Shown in pieces: positions 28,238 through 37,606 of a stretch of DNA of 37,606 bases (the stretch's first letter is position 1; every line of letters starts with the position of its first letter). Position numbers and translations under genes: made by a program. Origin of the DNA: Polyangia bacterium (GTDB lineage Bacteria > Myxococcota_A > Polyangia > Fen-1088); NCBI GenBank assembly GCA_039916065.1, contig JBDSME010000652.1, positions 1 to 37,606 on the forward strand, read 5' to 3'. The notes beneath the pieces were generated by a model. It searched no databases. It worked only from the letters and a program-made list of their open reading frames with translations, and was not told where the DNA came from.

Positions 28238-29509
28238 TCAACGAAGGTGGCGCACCACGCTTGCTGCCAGTCGTTCCGTTGCCTCGCGGAAGATATCCGG
28301 ACGCGGCAACAAGCTCAGCACAACGGTGGTGAAGGCACGCAGGTCGAAAAAATAGCCCGGGTGAACCAGAACCCCGTCCTCCGTGAGGAAGCTGAGTGCC
28401 CATTCCTCGTCGGTCTTGATGGCCGGCAGACGCAGGATCGCAGACCAGCCCCCCTGCGATGACAGGAGAGACAACGGCGAAGACCCATCCAGCAGCTTTT
28501 CCAGAAAACGACGGTTCTCCGCCAGGCGGGCGGCGATGCAATCGCGACGGGCCGCCCCGGCGCGCAGCAACTCAGGAAGCGCCAACTGGACCGGCGTGGC
28601 AACGGACAGGTAGGTGTCCCCAATCAGCTCGAGCCGCTGCAGCGCCGCTCGCCGCGCGTCAACCGGGCCGCCCACTGCAATCCAACCCAGCTTCATCTGG
28701 GGGAGGCCGCAGCTCTTCGACAGACCGCCGAGGCTGAAAGTAAGCGCGGCGGTGTCACGCCCCGCCAGGAAGGACACCGCCATACCACCCGGTCGGATTG
28801 CGTAGGGGGCGAACACCTCATCGGCGACCAGCGCGAAGGGGCGCGCGGCGGCGCGCACGTCCAGCAGCGCCAACGTCTCCTGGTCCAGCAGGGTACCGGT
28901 GGGATTGTTGGGGCTGACCACCACCAGCGCGGCGACGCGGGACGGAGCATTCGCCAGCGCCTGGTCCAGGCTGTGGGCGCCGAGGTGCCAGTCCCCGGTG
29001 CGCGTCCCGTCGTGTTCCAGGCGATAGGGGCGGGTGACCACCCCCTCCAGCCGGGCCAGGTAGTCGAAGAGCGGGTAGCTCGGCTCAGGGACCAGGATCG
29101 TGTCGCCCGGATCGCACAGCAGCTTCCACAGGAACGAATACGACTCGCTGGAGCTGGTGGTGAGGAGCAGGCGGTCTTCCAGATCATCCAGATCATCCAG
29201 ATCTGGCAGGCCTCTCCGGTAGTTTTCCGCCACTGCGCGCCGTGCGGATCGCAGCCCGCGGGGATCGGGCCAGTACGGCTGCCGAAAGGCCTCGGGGACC
29301 GCGGTGGGATCGCCTGTGATGCCGCCGTCGCCGCCGATGTCGACGTCGATGTGGATGTGGATGTGGATGTCCGCCAGGGTGGGGTTGGATTCGGTCAGGT
29401 CCAGCACCGTTTCGCCACGCGCGCGCCGGTGGGCCTCGGCGGTGGCCAGCGCATTTTCACCAGGCAGCCAATCGAGGCGATGAGAAAACAGCCGGTGCGT
29501 ATCAGCCAT
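28238..29509 (-). CDS. PLP-dependent aminotransferase class I/II
   Basis: LDLTESNPT, PDPRGLRSARRAVA, PEPSYPLF, VVSPNNPTG, ADEVF, GGLSKSCGLPQMKLGW, VHPGYFFD. Start ATG 29509. Confidence 0.92.
   Translation of the reverse strand: MADTHRLFSHRLDWLPGENALATAEAHRRARGETVLDLTESNPTLADIHIHIHIDVDIGGDGGITGDPTAVPEAFRQPYWPDPRGLRSARRAVAENYRRGLPDLDDLDDLEDRLLLTTSSSESYSFLWKLLCDPGDTILVPEPSYPLFDYLARLEGVVTRPYRLEHDGTRTGDWHLGAHSLDQALANAPSRVAALVVVSPNNPTGTLLDQETLALLDVRAAARPFALVADEVFAPYAIRPGGMAVSFLAGRDTAALTFSLGGLSKSCGLPQMKLGWIAVGGPVDARRAALQRLELIGDTYLSVATPVQLALPELLRAGAARRDCIAARLAENRRFLEKLLDGSSPLSLLSSQGGWSAILRLPAIKTDEEWALSFLTEDGVLVHPGYFFDLRAFTTVVLSLLPRPDIFREATERLAASVVRHLR
29178..29371. repeat. Two short in-frame microsatellites inside the aminotransferase gene
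   Basis: TCCAGATC(A/T) x3 at 29178-29204 (DLDDLDDLE) and GA(T/C)GT(G/C) x6 at 29336-29371 (DIHIHIHIDVDI). Confidence 0.85.
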
Positions 29510-29693
29510 GCCCGGCAATCTACCGCCGCCCGATCGGAGAGACACGGTGTTGTCCGCCCCATTTGGGAAGACACTTAAGTCGTCCGGACCTGTTTGTCGC
29601 CATCCGGACGGGGGCGGGGGGCGGGAAACCGCGCGATCGGCCGACGCCGCTTGCCGGTTTGTCGTCTCAAGCTGCTAGAATCACTGCGGCACG

Positions 29694-30389
29694 ATGGGTC
29701 TGGACCTCAGAGATCGCTTGCGGGAACGGCTGATCATTCACCCGCGCCTGGCGCAACAACAGCTTTGGACCGCGCCCGGCGATGCTGGTCGCATGGCGGC
29801 GGAATTGCCCCCCCTGGTGCCGTTTGGCAACGCGGAATATGCCGGTGGTATCTGGATCCTCGACTGGGACCATCGAATCCCTTCCCAGCATGCCGTGTTG
29901 AGGCTGGCCGCGTACTACACCGAGGAGGGGCACCGTCAGGGGGAGGCGCTGATCGAGCAGCGAAGGGCCGCCATCGCCAAGGACGATTTGTTCCCCGAGT
30001 TCGACGTGGGGGATTTTACAGGCCTGCCCGCCGATGAATCCTACGAGGCTGAGCTGCAGGTGGGCAGCCCACCGGCGCGGTTGCGCCTGGTGAGCGAGTG
30101 GCGCCGCGAAATTGACGCCGCCAAGGGCGAGCGCGCCGTGGATATCGTCCGGGGCTCGTCGTCGTTCCAGGAGATCAAGAGCCGTGTGACTTTTCGTCCG
30201 TCCGGCCTGGGCGAGCTGGAGGCAGCCGAATGGTCGCCTCCGTGCGAGAGCGGCCACGCCCGCTGGGGAATCGACGTCTGGTACCTGCTGACCTACAACG
30301 GGATGGTGGGCGAAGGCCGCGCGTTTCTGGTCGATGACCACGAGCCGCTGGTGGTCCGCGAGCGCGATTTTCAGTTCCGCGCCGGCTGA
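29694..30389 (+). CDS. Hypothetical cytoplasmic protein
   Basis: 231 aa ORF with normal GC-rich codon use and globular composition; extended -10 TGcTAGAAT at 29673-29681. No family recognised. Confidence 0.75.
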   Translation: MGLDLRDRLRERLIIHPRLAQQQLWTAPGDAGRMAAELPPLVPFGNAEYAGGIWILDWDHRIPSQHAVLRLAAYYTEEGHRQGEALIEQRRAAIAKDDLFPEFDVGDFTGLPADESYEAELQVGSPPARLRLVSEWRREIDAAKGERAVDIVRGSSSFQEIKSRVTFRPSGLGELEAAEWSPPCESGHARWGIDVWYLLTYNGMVGEGRAFLVDDHEPLVVRERDFQFRAG

Positions 30390-30458
30390 ACTCCTGCAGA
30401 GCGCCTTCCGTTCATTTCCATTGACATGTGTTGCTCCGTCGGCCCAGATCAGCCGCCT

Positions 30459-33400
30459 ATGAGCCAGCCTCAGCCTCCCTTTCGCCGTGTGCTCTGCGCC
30501 AATCGGGGCGAGATCGCCGTCCGCGTTTTTCGGGCTTGCACCGAGCTCGGCATTCGAACAGTTGCCATCTTCTCTGAAGAAGATCGCGTACATTTGCACC
30601 GCTACAAGGCGGACGAGGCCTATCTGGTGGGGCGGGGGTTGGATCCGGTGGCCGCCTACCTGGCGGAGGACGAGATCGTGGCCTTGGCCAAGCGTCACGC
30701 CGTCGACGCCATTCACCCTGGTTACGGCCTGCTGTCTGAGCGCGCCTCGTTCGCCCGCAAGTGTCGCGACGCCGGGATCAAGTTCATCGGGCCGTCACCG
30801 GAAGCCATCGACGCGCTCGGCGACAAGATTGCGGCCCGCAAGATTGCCCAGGCGGCCGGCGTGCCCGTGGTTCCCGGCACTGCCCACGCCATCCGACGCG
30901 TGGAGGAGGCGCGGGCCTTCGCCGAACAGGTCGGCTACCCGGTGTTCGTCAAGGCGGCGGGGGGCGGCGGTGGCCGCGGTATGCGCGTGGTGCGCGCGGC
31001 CGACGAGCTGGAAGAATCCTTGGCGCGCGCGCAATCCGAGGCCCGCAAGGCCTTCGGTGACGATTCGGTGTTCATCGAAAAATTGGTGGTCCGCCCCAAG
31101 CACATCGAGGTGCAGATCCTTGGTGACGAGCACGGCACCCTGGTGCATCTGTTCGAGCGCGACTGCTCGGTGCAACGCCGCCATCAGAAAGTGGTGGAAT
31201 ACGCGCCGGCCTGGTCGTTGCCGCTGGCGCTGCGCGAGCGCGTGGCCGCCGACGCCCTGAAGGTGGCGCGCCAGGCGAACTACACCAACGCGGGCACGGT
31301 GGAATTCCTGGTGGGAGCCGACGGCGGGCACTACTTCATCGAGGTCAACCCGCGCATCCAGGTCGAGCACACCGTCACCGAGGTGATCACGGGGCGCGAT
31401 CTGGTGCAGGCTCAGATTCGCATCGCCGAGGGGCACCGCCTGTCCGACCCCGAGATCGGCATCGCCGACCAGGCGGCCATCCAGCAGCGCGGCTTCGCCA
31501 TTCAGGCGCGCATCACCGCCGAGGACCCGCAGAACGATTTTTTGCCCGATACCGGAAAGATCAACGTCTACCGTCCCGCCGTGGGTATGGGTATCCGGCT
31601 GGATGACGGCTCTGGCTACGTGGGGGCGCGGGTCTCCCCCTACTACGATTCGCTGCTGGCCAAGGTCACGGCGTCCGGTCTGGACTGGCAGTACACCCGC
31701 CGGAAGCTAGCGCGGGCGTTGCGCGAGTTCCGCATCCGTGGCGTGAAGACCAACATAGCCTTCCTGGAGAACGTCCTCGATCATCCCACTTTCTCCGCCG
31801 GCGAGGTCCACACCACCTTCGTGGACGAGACACCCGAGCTGGTGCGCTACAAGCCGCGCAGCGATCGCGCCACGCGCATTCTGCGCTACATCGGCAGCAT
31901 GGTGGTGAACGGCCATCCCACGGTGCGCGGCAAACCGAAGCCCAGCACGGGGGCGCTGTCCAAGGAGCCGATCATCCCCGTAGTGCCGGCGGGGCCGCCC
32001 CCCCGCGGGACCAAGCAGATCCTGGACGAAGAGGGCCCCGAGGGGGTGGTGCGCTGGTTGCGCTCCGATCCGCGGGTCCGGGTCATGGACACCACCTGGC
32101 GCGATGCCCACCAGTCGTTGCTGGCCACGCGCCTGCGTACCTTCGATCTGGCGCGCGTCGCTCACGCCACCTCTCATCTGGGGGCCGGCCTTTTCTCGCT
32201 GGAGATGTGGGGCGGCGCCACCTTCGACGTCGCCTATCGATTTTTGCACGAAGACCCCTGGCATCGCCTGGAGGTGCTGCGCACCAAGGTGCCCAATGTG
32301 CTGTTTCAGATGCTGGTCCGTGGCGCCAACGCCGTCGGCTACACCAACTACCCCGATGACGTGGTACGTGGGTTCATCGAGGAGGCTGCCGCCGGGGGCA
32401 TCGACGTGTTCCGGATCTTCGATGCGCTGAACGATGTCACCAACATGGACGTCGCGATCGAGGCGGCCCAGAAGACGGGCAAGATCGTGGAGACCGCCAT
32501 TTGCTACACCGGTGACGTCAGCGATCCCGCGCGGACCAAATACGACCTCAAGTACTACGTCAAGATGGCCAAGGAGGTCACCCGGCGCGGGACCCACATC
32601 CTGGCGCTGAAAGACATGGCGGGGCTGCTCAAGCCGCGCGCCGCCACCATGCTGATCAAGGCGATCCGCGACGAGGTGGACGTACCGATTCACCTGCACA
32701 TGCACGACACCTCCGGCAACGGCATCACCTCGTACGTTGCCGCCATCAACGCCGGGGTCAGCATCGTCGACGTGGCGGTGGGCTCGATGTCGGGGATGAC
32801 CTCGCAGCCATCCATGGAGTCGCTGCTGTTCGCGATGGAGGGAGATCCCCGCGATCCGCGGCTTGATCCCGCCACCATGGAGCGGCTGTCCGTGTACTGG
32901 GACACGGTGCGTGAGTGGTACGCCCCCTTCGAGTCGGGGCTAAAGGCGCCGGCGGCGGATGTGTACCACCACGAGATCCCGGGCGGGCAGTATTCCAACC
33001 TGCGCGCCCAGGCCGAAGGGCTGGGCCTGGGCGCCCAGTCCTGGGAAGCGGTGAAGCGCGCCTACGCCGAGGTCAACCAGCTCTTCGGCGACATCCCCAA
33101 GGTGACGCCGTCGTCCAAGGTGGTGGGGGACATGGCCATCTGGATGGTGAAACAGGGTCTTGATGGACGCAGCGTGCTGGACAAGGCGCCCGAGCTCACC
33201 TTCCCCGGGTCGGTCATCGACTATATGCGCGGCGGCCTGGGACAGCCCCCCGGCGGATTTCCCGAACCGTTGCGGGCTCACGTGTTGAAGGGGACGGCGC
33301 CCATCGAGGGCAGGCCGGGGGCAACGCTGCCCGCGTTCGACTGGACGGGCGCCGCGCACGAGCTGGAGGTGCTGGCCGGTGGACCGGTGCACCGCCGCGA

Positions 33401-33941
33401 CGTCGTGTCGTACGCCCTTTATCCCAAGGTCCTGCGTGAATACATGGAGCACCGGGCCTTGCACGGCGACACGTCCGTGCTCCCGACCCCGGCATTTTTC
33501 TACGGCTTGCGGGTGGGCGAGGAGGCCTGGATCGACATCGAGCCGGGGAAGACCCTGATCGTGAAGCTGCTGGCGGTCGGTGAGGTGGAGGCGGACGGCG
33601 CGCGTCAGGTCACCTTCGAATTGAACGGACAGCCGCGATCCATTCGCGTCTTCGACGAGGCGGCAAAGGTGACGGGACCGAAGCGCCGTAAGGCCACCGC
33701 CGGCCGGCGGGGCGAGGTGGGCGCCCCCATGCCGGGGCGGGTGATCGATCTGGTCACCAAGGTGGGGGAAAAAGTCACCAAGGGGCAGAAGTTGCTGGTG
33801 ACCGAGGCCATGAAGCTAGAGACCGTGGTGAAGGCCCCGGTTGACGGCCTGGTGCGCGAGATTCTTTCGGGGGCGGGCGAGAGTGTCGAGGGGGGCGATC
33901 TGCTGGTGTTGATCGAAGAGGTCGTCGCGCCGGTCGCCTAG
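30459..33941 (+). CDS. pyc: Pyruvate carboxylase (single chain: BC, CT and biotin carrier domains)
   Basis: ANRGEIAVR, GGGGRGMR, ERDCSVQRRHQKVVE, RDAHQSLLATR, EMWGGATFD, KDMAGLL, HLHMHDT, KVTPSSKVVGD, EAMKLE. Start ATG 30459; TTGACA at 30421. Confidence 0.97.
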   Translation: MSQPQPPFRRVLCANRGEIAVRVFRACTELGIRTVAIFSEEDRVHLHRYKADEAYLVGRGLDPVAAYLAEDEIVALAKRHAVDAIHPGYGLLSERASFARKCRDAGIKFIGPSPEAIDALGDKIAARKIAQAAGVPVVPGTAHAIRRVEEARAFAEQVGYPVFVKAAGGGGGRGMRVVRAADELEESLARAQSEARKAFGDDSVFIEKLVVRPKHIEVQILGDEHGTLVHLFERDCSVQRRHQKVVEYAPAWSLPLALRERVAADALKVARQANYTNAGTVEFLVGADGGHYFIEVNPRIQVEHTVTEVITGRDLVQAQIRIAEGHRLSDPEIGIADQAAIQQRGFAIQARITAEDPQNDFLPDTGKINVYRPAVGMGIRLDDGSGYVGARVSPYYDSLLAKVTASGLDWQYTRRKLARALREFRIRGVKTNIAFLENVLDHPTFSAGEVHTTFVDETPELVRYKPRSDRATRILRYIGSMVVNGHPTVRGKPKPSTGALSKEPIIPVVPAGPPPRGTKQILDEEGPEGVVRWLRSDPRVRVMDTTWRDAHQSLLATRLRTFDLARVAHATSHLGAGLFSLEMWGGATFDVAYRFLHEDPWHRLEVLRTKVPNVLFQMLVRGANAVGYTNYPDDVVRGFIEEAAAGGIDVFRIFDALNDVTNMDVAIEAAQKTGKIVETAICYTGDVSDPARTKYDLKYYVKMAKEVTRRGTHILALKDMAGLLKPRAATMLIKAIRDEVDVPIHLHMHDTSGNGITSYVAAINAGVSIVDVAVGSMSGMTSQPSMESLLFAMEGDPRDPRLDPATMERLSVYWDTVREWYAPFESGLKAPAADVYHHEIPGGQYSNLRAQAEGLGLGAQSWEAVKRAYAEVNQLFGDIPKVTPSSKVVGDMAIWMVKQGLDGRSVLDKAPELTFPGSVIDYMRGGLGQPPGGFPEPLRAHVLKGTAPIEGRPGATLPAFDWTGAAHELEVLAGGPVHRRDVVSYALYPKVLREYMEHRALHGDTSVLPTPAFFYGLRVGEEAWIDIEPGKTLIVKLLAVGEVEADGARQVTFELNGQPRSIRVFDEAAKVTGPKRRKATAGRRGEVGAPMPGRVIDLVTKVGEKVTKGQKLLVTEAMKLETVVKAPVDGLVREILSGAGESVEGGDLLVLIEEVVAPVA

Positions 33942-33975
33942 GCCTCGGCCGCCGCCACCTGCTGGACACACATCG

Positions 33976-34917
33976 ATGGGACAGGGAATCACCGTCGTTG
34001 GCAGCCTGAACGCGGATCTGGTGGTGGCCGTGCGGCGCTTTCCCGGCCCAGGCGAGACCGTCACTGGGCACGATTTCGCGGTTTTCCCGGGCGGCAAGGG
34101 AGCCAACCAGGCCTTCGCCGCAGGCCGGTTGGCCGCTGGCGAGATGCCGGTGCGAATGGTGGGGCAAGTGGGCGGCGACGCCTACGGAGAGTGGTTGCGG
34201 CAGAGCCTGTCGCGGGCGGCCGTCGACGTCACCCACGTCCGCGTCCAGCAGGACGCGCCCACCGGTCTGGCCATGGTGGCTATCGACGCCGCCGCCCAGA
34301 ACCAGATCGTGGTGGTGCCCGGCGCCAACGGATCGTTCAACCCGGCCGCCCTGACCGCCGCCCACCACGCCATCGCCGACGCCGCGGTGGTGCTGTTGCA
34401 GCTCGAGGTGCCGCTGCCCACCGTGCAGACCGCCGCGCGCATCGCACGCGAGGGCGGGGCGATGGTGATTCTGGATCCCGCTCCCGCGCGCGCCGTGGCG
34501 GACGTGCTGCTGCGGTCCGCCGACTACCTGACCCCCAACGAGAGCGAGTTGAGTGTTCTCACGGGGGGCGCTCCGCAGGCGACGTTGCGCCGCGGGGACG
34601 CCGTGGCTCGGGCGCGCCAGCTCATCGCGCGCGGGGCGCGAAAGGTGCTGGTGAAGATGGGGCGGCAGGGGGCGCTGCTGGTCACCGAGACCACCGAGCA
34701 GCTGCAGCCGGCCTTCCCCGTCGAGGCAGTGGACACCACCGCCGCGGGAGACGCCTTCAACGCGGGGCTGGCTTTCGCGCTGGCGCGCGGCGCCGATCAG
34801 ACAGAGGCGATCCGCTATGCCTCCGCCACCGCCGCCGTGTCGGTGACCCGCGTGGGCGCGCAGCCCAGCATGCCCTCGCGCGCGGACGTCGACGCCCTGT
34901 TCACGGGCCCGGCCTGA
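33976..34917 (+). CDS. rbsK: Ribokinase (PfkB family)
   Basis: VVGSLNADLV, PGGKGANQA, NQIVVVPGAN, LLQLEVP, DPAPA, TPNESE, VDTTAAGDAFN, GAQPSMP. Confidence 0.92.
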   Translation: MGQGITVVGSLNADLVVAVRRFPGPGETVTGHDFAVFPGGKGANQAFAAGRLAAGEMPVRMVGQVGGDAYGEWLRQSLSRAAVDVTHVRVQQDAPTGLAMVAIDAAAQNQIVVVPGANGSFNPAALTAAHHAIADAAVVLLQLEVPLPTVQTAARIAREGGAMVILDPAPARAVADVLLRSADYLTPNESELSVLTGGAPQATLRRGDAVARARQLIARGARKVLVKMGRQGALLVTETTEQLQPAFPVEAVDTTAAGDAFNAGLAFALARGADQTEAIRYASATAAVSVTRVGAQPSMPSRADVDALFTGPA

Positions 34918-34929
34918 CGTGCTTCGACG

Positions 34930-35520
34930 TTAGCAAGCCGTGAGTCGAGAGTCGCTCCCTCGCGCTTCGCCGAAGACGGCACGGTGGACCCCCAGATCCT
35001 GCGTCAGTTCCGGGTGGAATGCCGCTCCCGTGATGGAGCCCTGGCGAACCAGCACCGGCTGCCCGCGAAAGGTCGCCAGCACCTGAACCGCCGCCCCGAC
35101 GCGCGTGATGGCGGGAGCCCGAATGAACACCAACGGCAGCGCGCCGTCGTCGGCGACAGCCTCGAAGCTGTGTCGCTGGCGACCGGTGGCATTGCGCGCG
35201 ACGCCGACGTCCAGCAATCCCAGGCTGCGCTGGGTAGGCGACGTCACCGCCGCCGCCGCCAGGATCAGGCCGGCGCAGGTGGCCAGGATGGGCTTGCCGC
35301 TGCCCGCGAAGGCCAGCAGCGGCGTCTCCAACGCGTACCGAGCCAGCAAGGCCAGGTGCACGCTGCTCTCGCCACCGGGTAGGACCAGACCGTCGGCGGC
35401 GGCGAGGTCAGCCGCCGTTCGCACCTCGAACGTGCGGTGGCCAAGCGCCGACAATGGGCGGACGTGCGCCGCGTAGGCGCCCTGTAGTGCCAGGAGCCCC
35501 ACCTGCTTCACCGTCACCAT
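34930..35520 (-). CDS. pdxT: PLP synthase glutaminase subunit
   Basis: [54 protein letters not shown]; start overlaps the pdxS stop. Confidence 0.93.
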   Translation of the reverse strand: MVTVKQVGLLALQGAYAAHVRPLSALGHRTFEVRTAADLAAADGLVLPGGESSVHLALLARYALETPLLAFAGSGKPILATCAGLILAAAAVTSPTQRSLGLLDVGVARNATGRQRHSFEAVADDGALPLVFIRAPAITRVGAAVQVLATFRGQPVLVRQGSITGAAFHPELTQDLGVHRAVFGEARGSDSRLTAC

Positions 35521-36395
35521 CCCCGGCCTGCGAAACGCTCGGTCTCGGCCGTCGCGCGCACCGCCACCCCGGGCATGGCCGCACCCAGACCGGTGCTGAT
35601 TTCCGCGAGTTTCGCGGCGTCCTGCCAGTAGGTGGTGGCGGCGACGATTGCGCGCGCCCGACGGGGTGCGTCGCTGCTCAGGAAGATGCCGCTTCCCACG
35701 AACACCGCCTCGGCCCCCAGCGCCATGCACAGGGCGGCGTCGGCTGGCGTAGCGATCCCCCCCGCGGCAAATGCCGGCACCGGCAAGCTTCCTTGGCGCG
35801 CCACCTGCGTTACCAGCTCGTACGGAGCGCCCAGGCGCTTCGCCTCCGCCATCAACTCCTCGGGCGCCAGCGTCTGCAGCTTTCGAATCTGCGAACGCAC
35901 CGCCCGCAGGTGCTTGACCGCCTCGACGATGTCGCCCGTCCCCGCCTCCCCCTTCGTGCGGATCATCGCCGCTCCTTCGCCGATCCGGCGCAGCGCCTCG
36001 CCAAGCTCGCGGCAGCCGCACACGAACGGCACCTCGAAGGGTTGCTTGTCGATGTGGAACTCCTCATCGGCCGGTGTCAGCACCTCGCTCTCGTCTATAA
36101 AGTCGACCTCCAGCGCCTCCAGGACGCGCGCCTCCATGAAGTGGCCGATGCGGCATTTGGCCATCACGGGGATGTCGACCGCGCGCTGGATCGCCTGAAT
36201 CATCGCCGGGTCGCTGGCGCGGGCCACGCCACCCTCCCGGCGAATCTGGGCGGGGACCCGCTCCAGCGCCATCACGGCCGCGGCCCCGGCATCCTCGGCA
36301 ATCTTCGCCTGCTCGGCGTCGATCACGTCCATGATGACGCCCCCCTTCAGCATGGTGGCCAACCCGACTTTGGTCGCGAACGTAGATTTTTGCAT
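35514..36395 (-). CDS. pdxS: PLP synthase lyase subunit
   Basis: [75 protein letters not shown]-terminus; AAGGA RBS. Confidence 0.98.
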   Translation of the reverse strand: MQKSTFATKVGLATMLKGGVIMDVIDAEQAKIAEDAGAAAVMALERVPAQIRREGGVARASDPAMIQAIQRAVDIPVMAKCRIGHFMEARVLEALEVDFIDESEVLTPADEEFHIDKQPFEVPFVCGCRELGEALRRIGEGAAMIRTKGEAGTGDIVEAVKHLRAVRSQIRKLQTLAPEELMAEAKRLGAPYELVTQVARQGSLPVPAFAAGGIATPADAALCMALGAEAVFVGSGIFLSSDAPRRARAIVAATTYWQDAAKLAEISTGLGAAMPGVAVRATAETERFAGRGW

Positions 36396-36406
36396 GACGC
36401 CTTTCC

Positions 36407-37606
36407 TTAAACGGATTGCAGCTCGACGCCGTCACCGGCGGGCCTGCGTTGTTGCTTGGATAGCGCGCGCAACGTCTCGCCCAGTCTTCGCCCTCCCAGG
36501 GCCAGTCTTTCCGCGGGCTCGGCGCAAAACGCTAGCCGGACCCCGCCCACATGGCCGGGTTCCACTTGATAGATGGCGCTCGATCCCACCACCACGCCAC
36601 GGCGCTCGGCTTCCTCGAAGACCAAATCGGGGTCCAGCCCGGTCGGAAGTGGGAGCCACAGCACCAATCCCCGCTCTGGATGAGTCCACTTCATCCCGGA
36701 GGGTAAATGGCGACGCAAGGACTCTTCGAGGGCATCCCGGCGCGCGCGGTACTCGGGCACCGTTCGGTTGAGGTGCCCCCTCAGGTAGCCGCGCTCCAGA
36801 AACTCCGCCAGCACGTGCTGCAGTACCAGGGAAGTGCCCAGATCGATTGCCTTCTTGATGGCCGTCAGAGTGGGCAGCAGGACGCGCGGACAAACAATGA
36901 AGCCGATTCGCAGCGCGGGCACCAGCTTCTTGCTGAACGTGCCCAGGTACAGCACGTCCCCATTCAACGATCGCAGGGCAGGCGGGGGAGGCTGCTCGCC
37001 CAGCCACAGCTCCGAGCCGTAGTCGTCCTCGATGAGCGGGATGTTGGCCCGTTGCGACCAGGCGACCAGGCTCTTGCGGCGTGCGACCGATATCTCGGTC
37101 CCCGTGGGATTGTTGCAGTTGGGCATCAAATAGAAACCCTTGGCTCCCGACCGGCTAAGCCGATCGAGGGCAGCCATGTCCGGTCCTTCGGCGTCCGAGG
37201 GAACAGGAATCAGCCGTGCCCCGCTCAGGGAGAACGCGTTGATGGCCCCCCCATAAGTGGCAGCGTCCACCAGGAAGGTGTCGCCAGGCGCCACCATGGC
37301 GCGTGCCAGCAGGTCCAACCCCTGCTGACTGCCGGTGGTGATGAAAACATCGTCGGCGTGAGCAGGCACGCCCTGCCGCGCCAGATCGGCGACGATCAAC
37401 TGGCGCAGGCGGGCCAGACCTTCCACAGGCGCGTAGCCGAGCGCCCGCGACCCGTGCACGCGCATGACGTGCTCGAAACAGCGGCGAATCAGCCGATCCG
37501 GCAGCAGATCCGCCGAGGGTTGCATCGCTCCCAGATTGATCAGGTCTCGCCGGTTCCCCTTGAATACAGATCGCTGCGGCGTCCGGCGCGCTGACTCCAG
37601 CCGCGC
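36407..37606 (-). CDS. MocR/GabR-family PLP-binding regulator (PdxR-like); 5' part outside the window
   Basis: Frame is open to the window end (…[18 protein letters not shown]); [53 protein letters not shown]. Ends 11 nt before pdxS. The wHTH domain is not visible. Confidence 0.78.
   Translation of the reverse strand, partial: ARLESARRTPQRSVFKGNRRDLINLGAMQPSADLLPDRLIRRCFEHVMRVHGSRALGYAPVEGLARLRQLIVADLARQGVPAHADDVFITTGSQQGLDLLARAMVAPGDTFLVDAATYGGAINAFSLSGARLIPVPSDAEGPDMAALDRLSRSGAKGFYLMPNCNNPTGTEISVARRKSLVAWSQRANIPLIEDDYGSELWLGEQPPPPALRSLNGDVLYLGTFSKKLVPALRIGFIVCPRVLLPTLTAIKKAIDLGTSLVLQHVLAEFLERGYLRGHLNRTVPEYRARRDALEESLRRHLPSGMKWTHPERGLVLWLPLPTGLDPDLVFEEAERRGVVVGSSAIYQVEPGHVGGVRLAFCAEPAERLALGGRRLGETLRALSKQQRRPAGDGVELQSV

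Overview
GC-rich chromosomal window that looks like a Myxococcota (Polyangia-like) bacterium, inferred from an HRDVSPxN Ser/Thr kinase, Cys-rich CGDG repeats with a fibro-slime domain, a DUF1552/DUF1592-type pair and many Gly-rich lipoproteins. About 29 real CDSs; most entries in the ORF track are GC-driven antisense shadows. Housekeeping genes: ssb, slt-like transglycosylase, class I/II aminotransferase, pyc, rbsK, pdxT, pdxS and a truncated MocR/PdxR-like gene. No rRNA, tRNA, CRISPR or intact mobile element was seen. Two uncharacterised envelope-signalling candidates stand out. (1) A tight 4-gene minus-strand operon at 3719-9788: a MauG/MbnH-type His/Tyr di-heme lipoprotein, an outer-membrane beta-barrel, an amicyanin-like type-1 copper protein and a receptor-topology Ser/Thr kinase. 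(2) An ECF sigma / FecR-TPR anti-sigma cluster at 22434-28012 with no TonB-dependent transducer, flanked by a putative barrel protein and vWA and Gly-repeat lipoproteins. Also seen: a VapC/PIN relic, an ECF-type promoter, a repeated leaderless-start signature, several in-frame microsatellite expansions and non-coding repeat arrays. All family calls come from motif recognition by eye; no searches were run.
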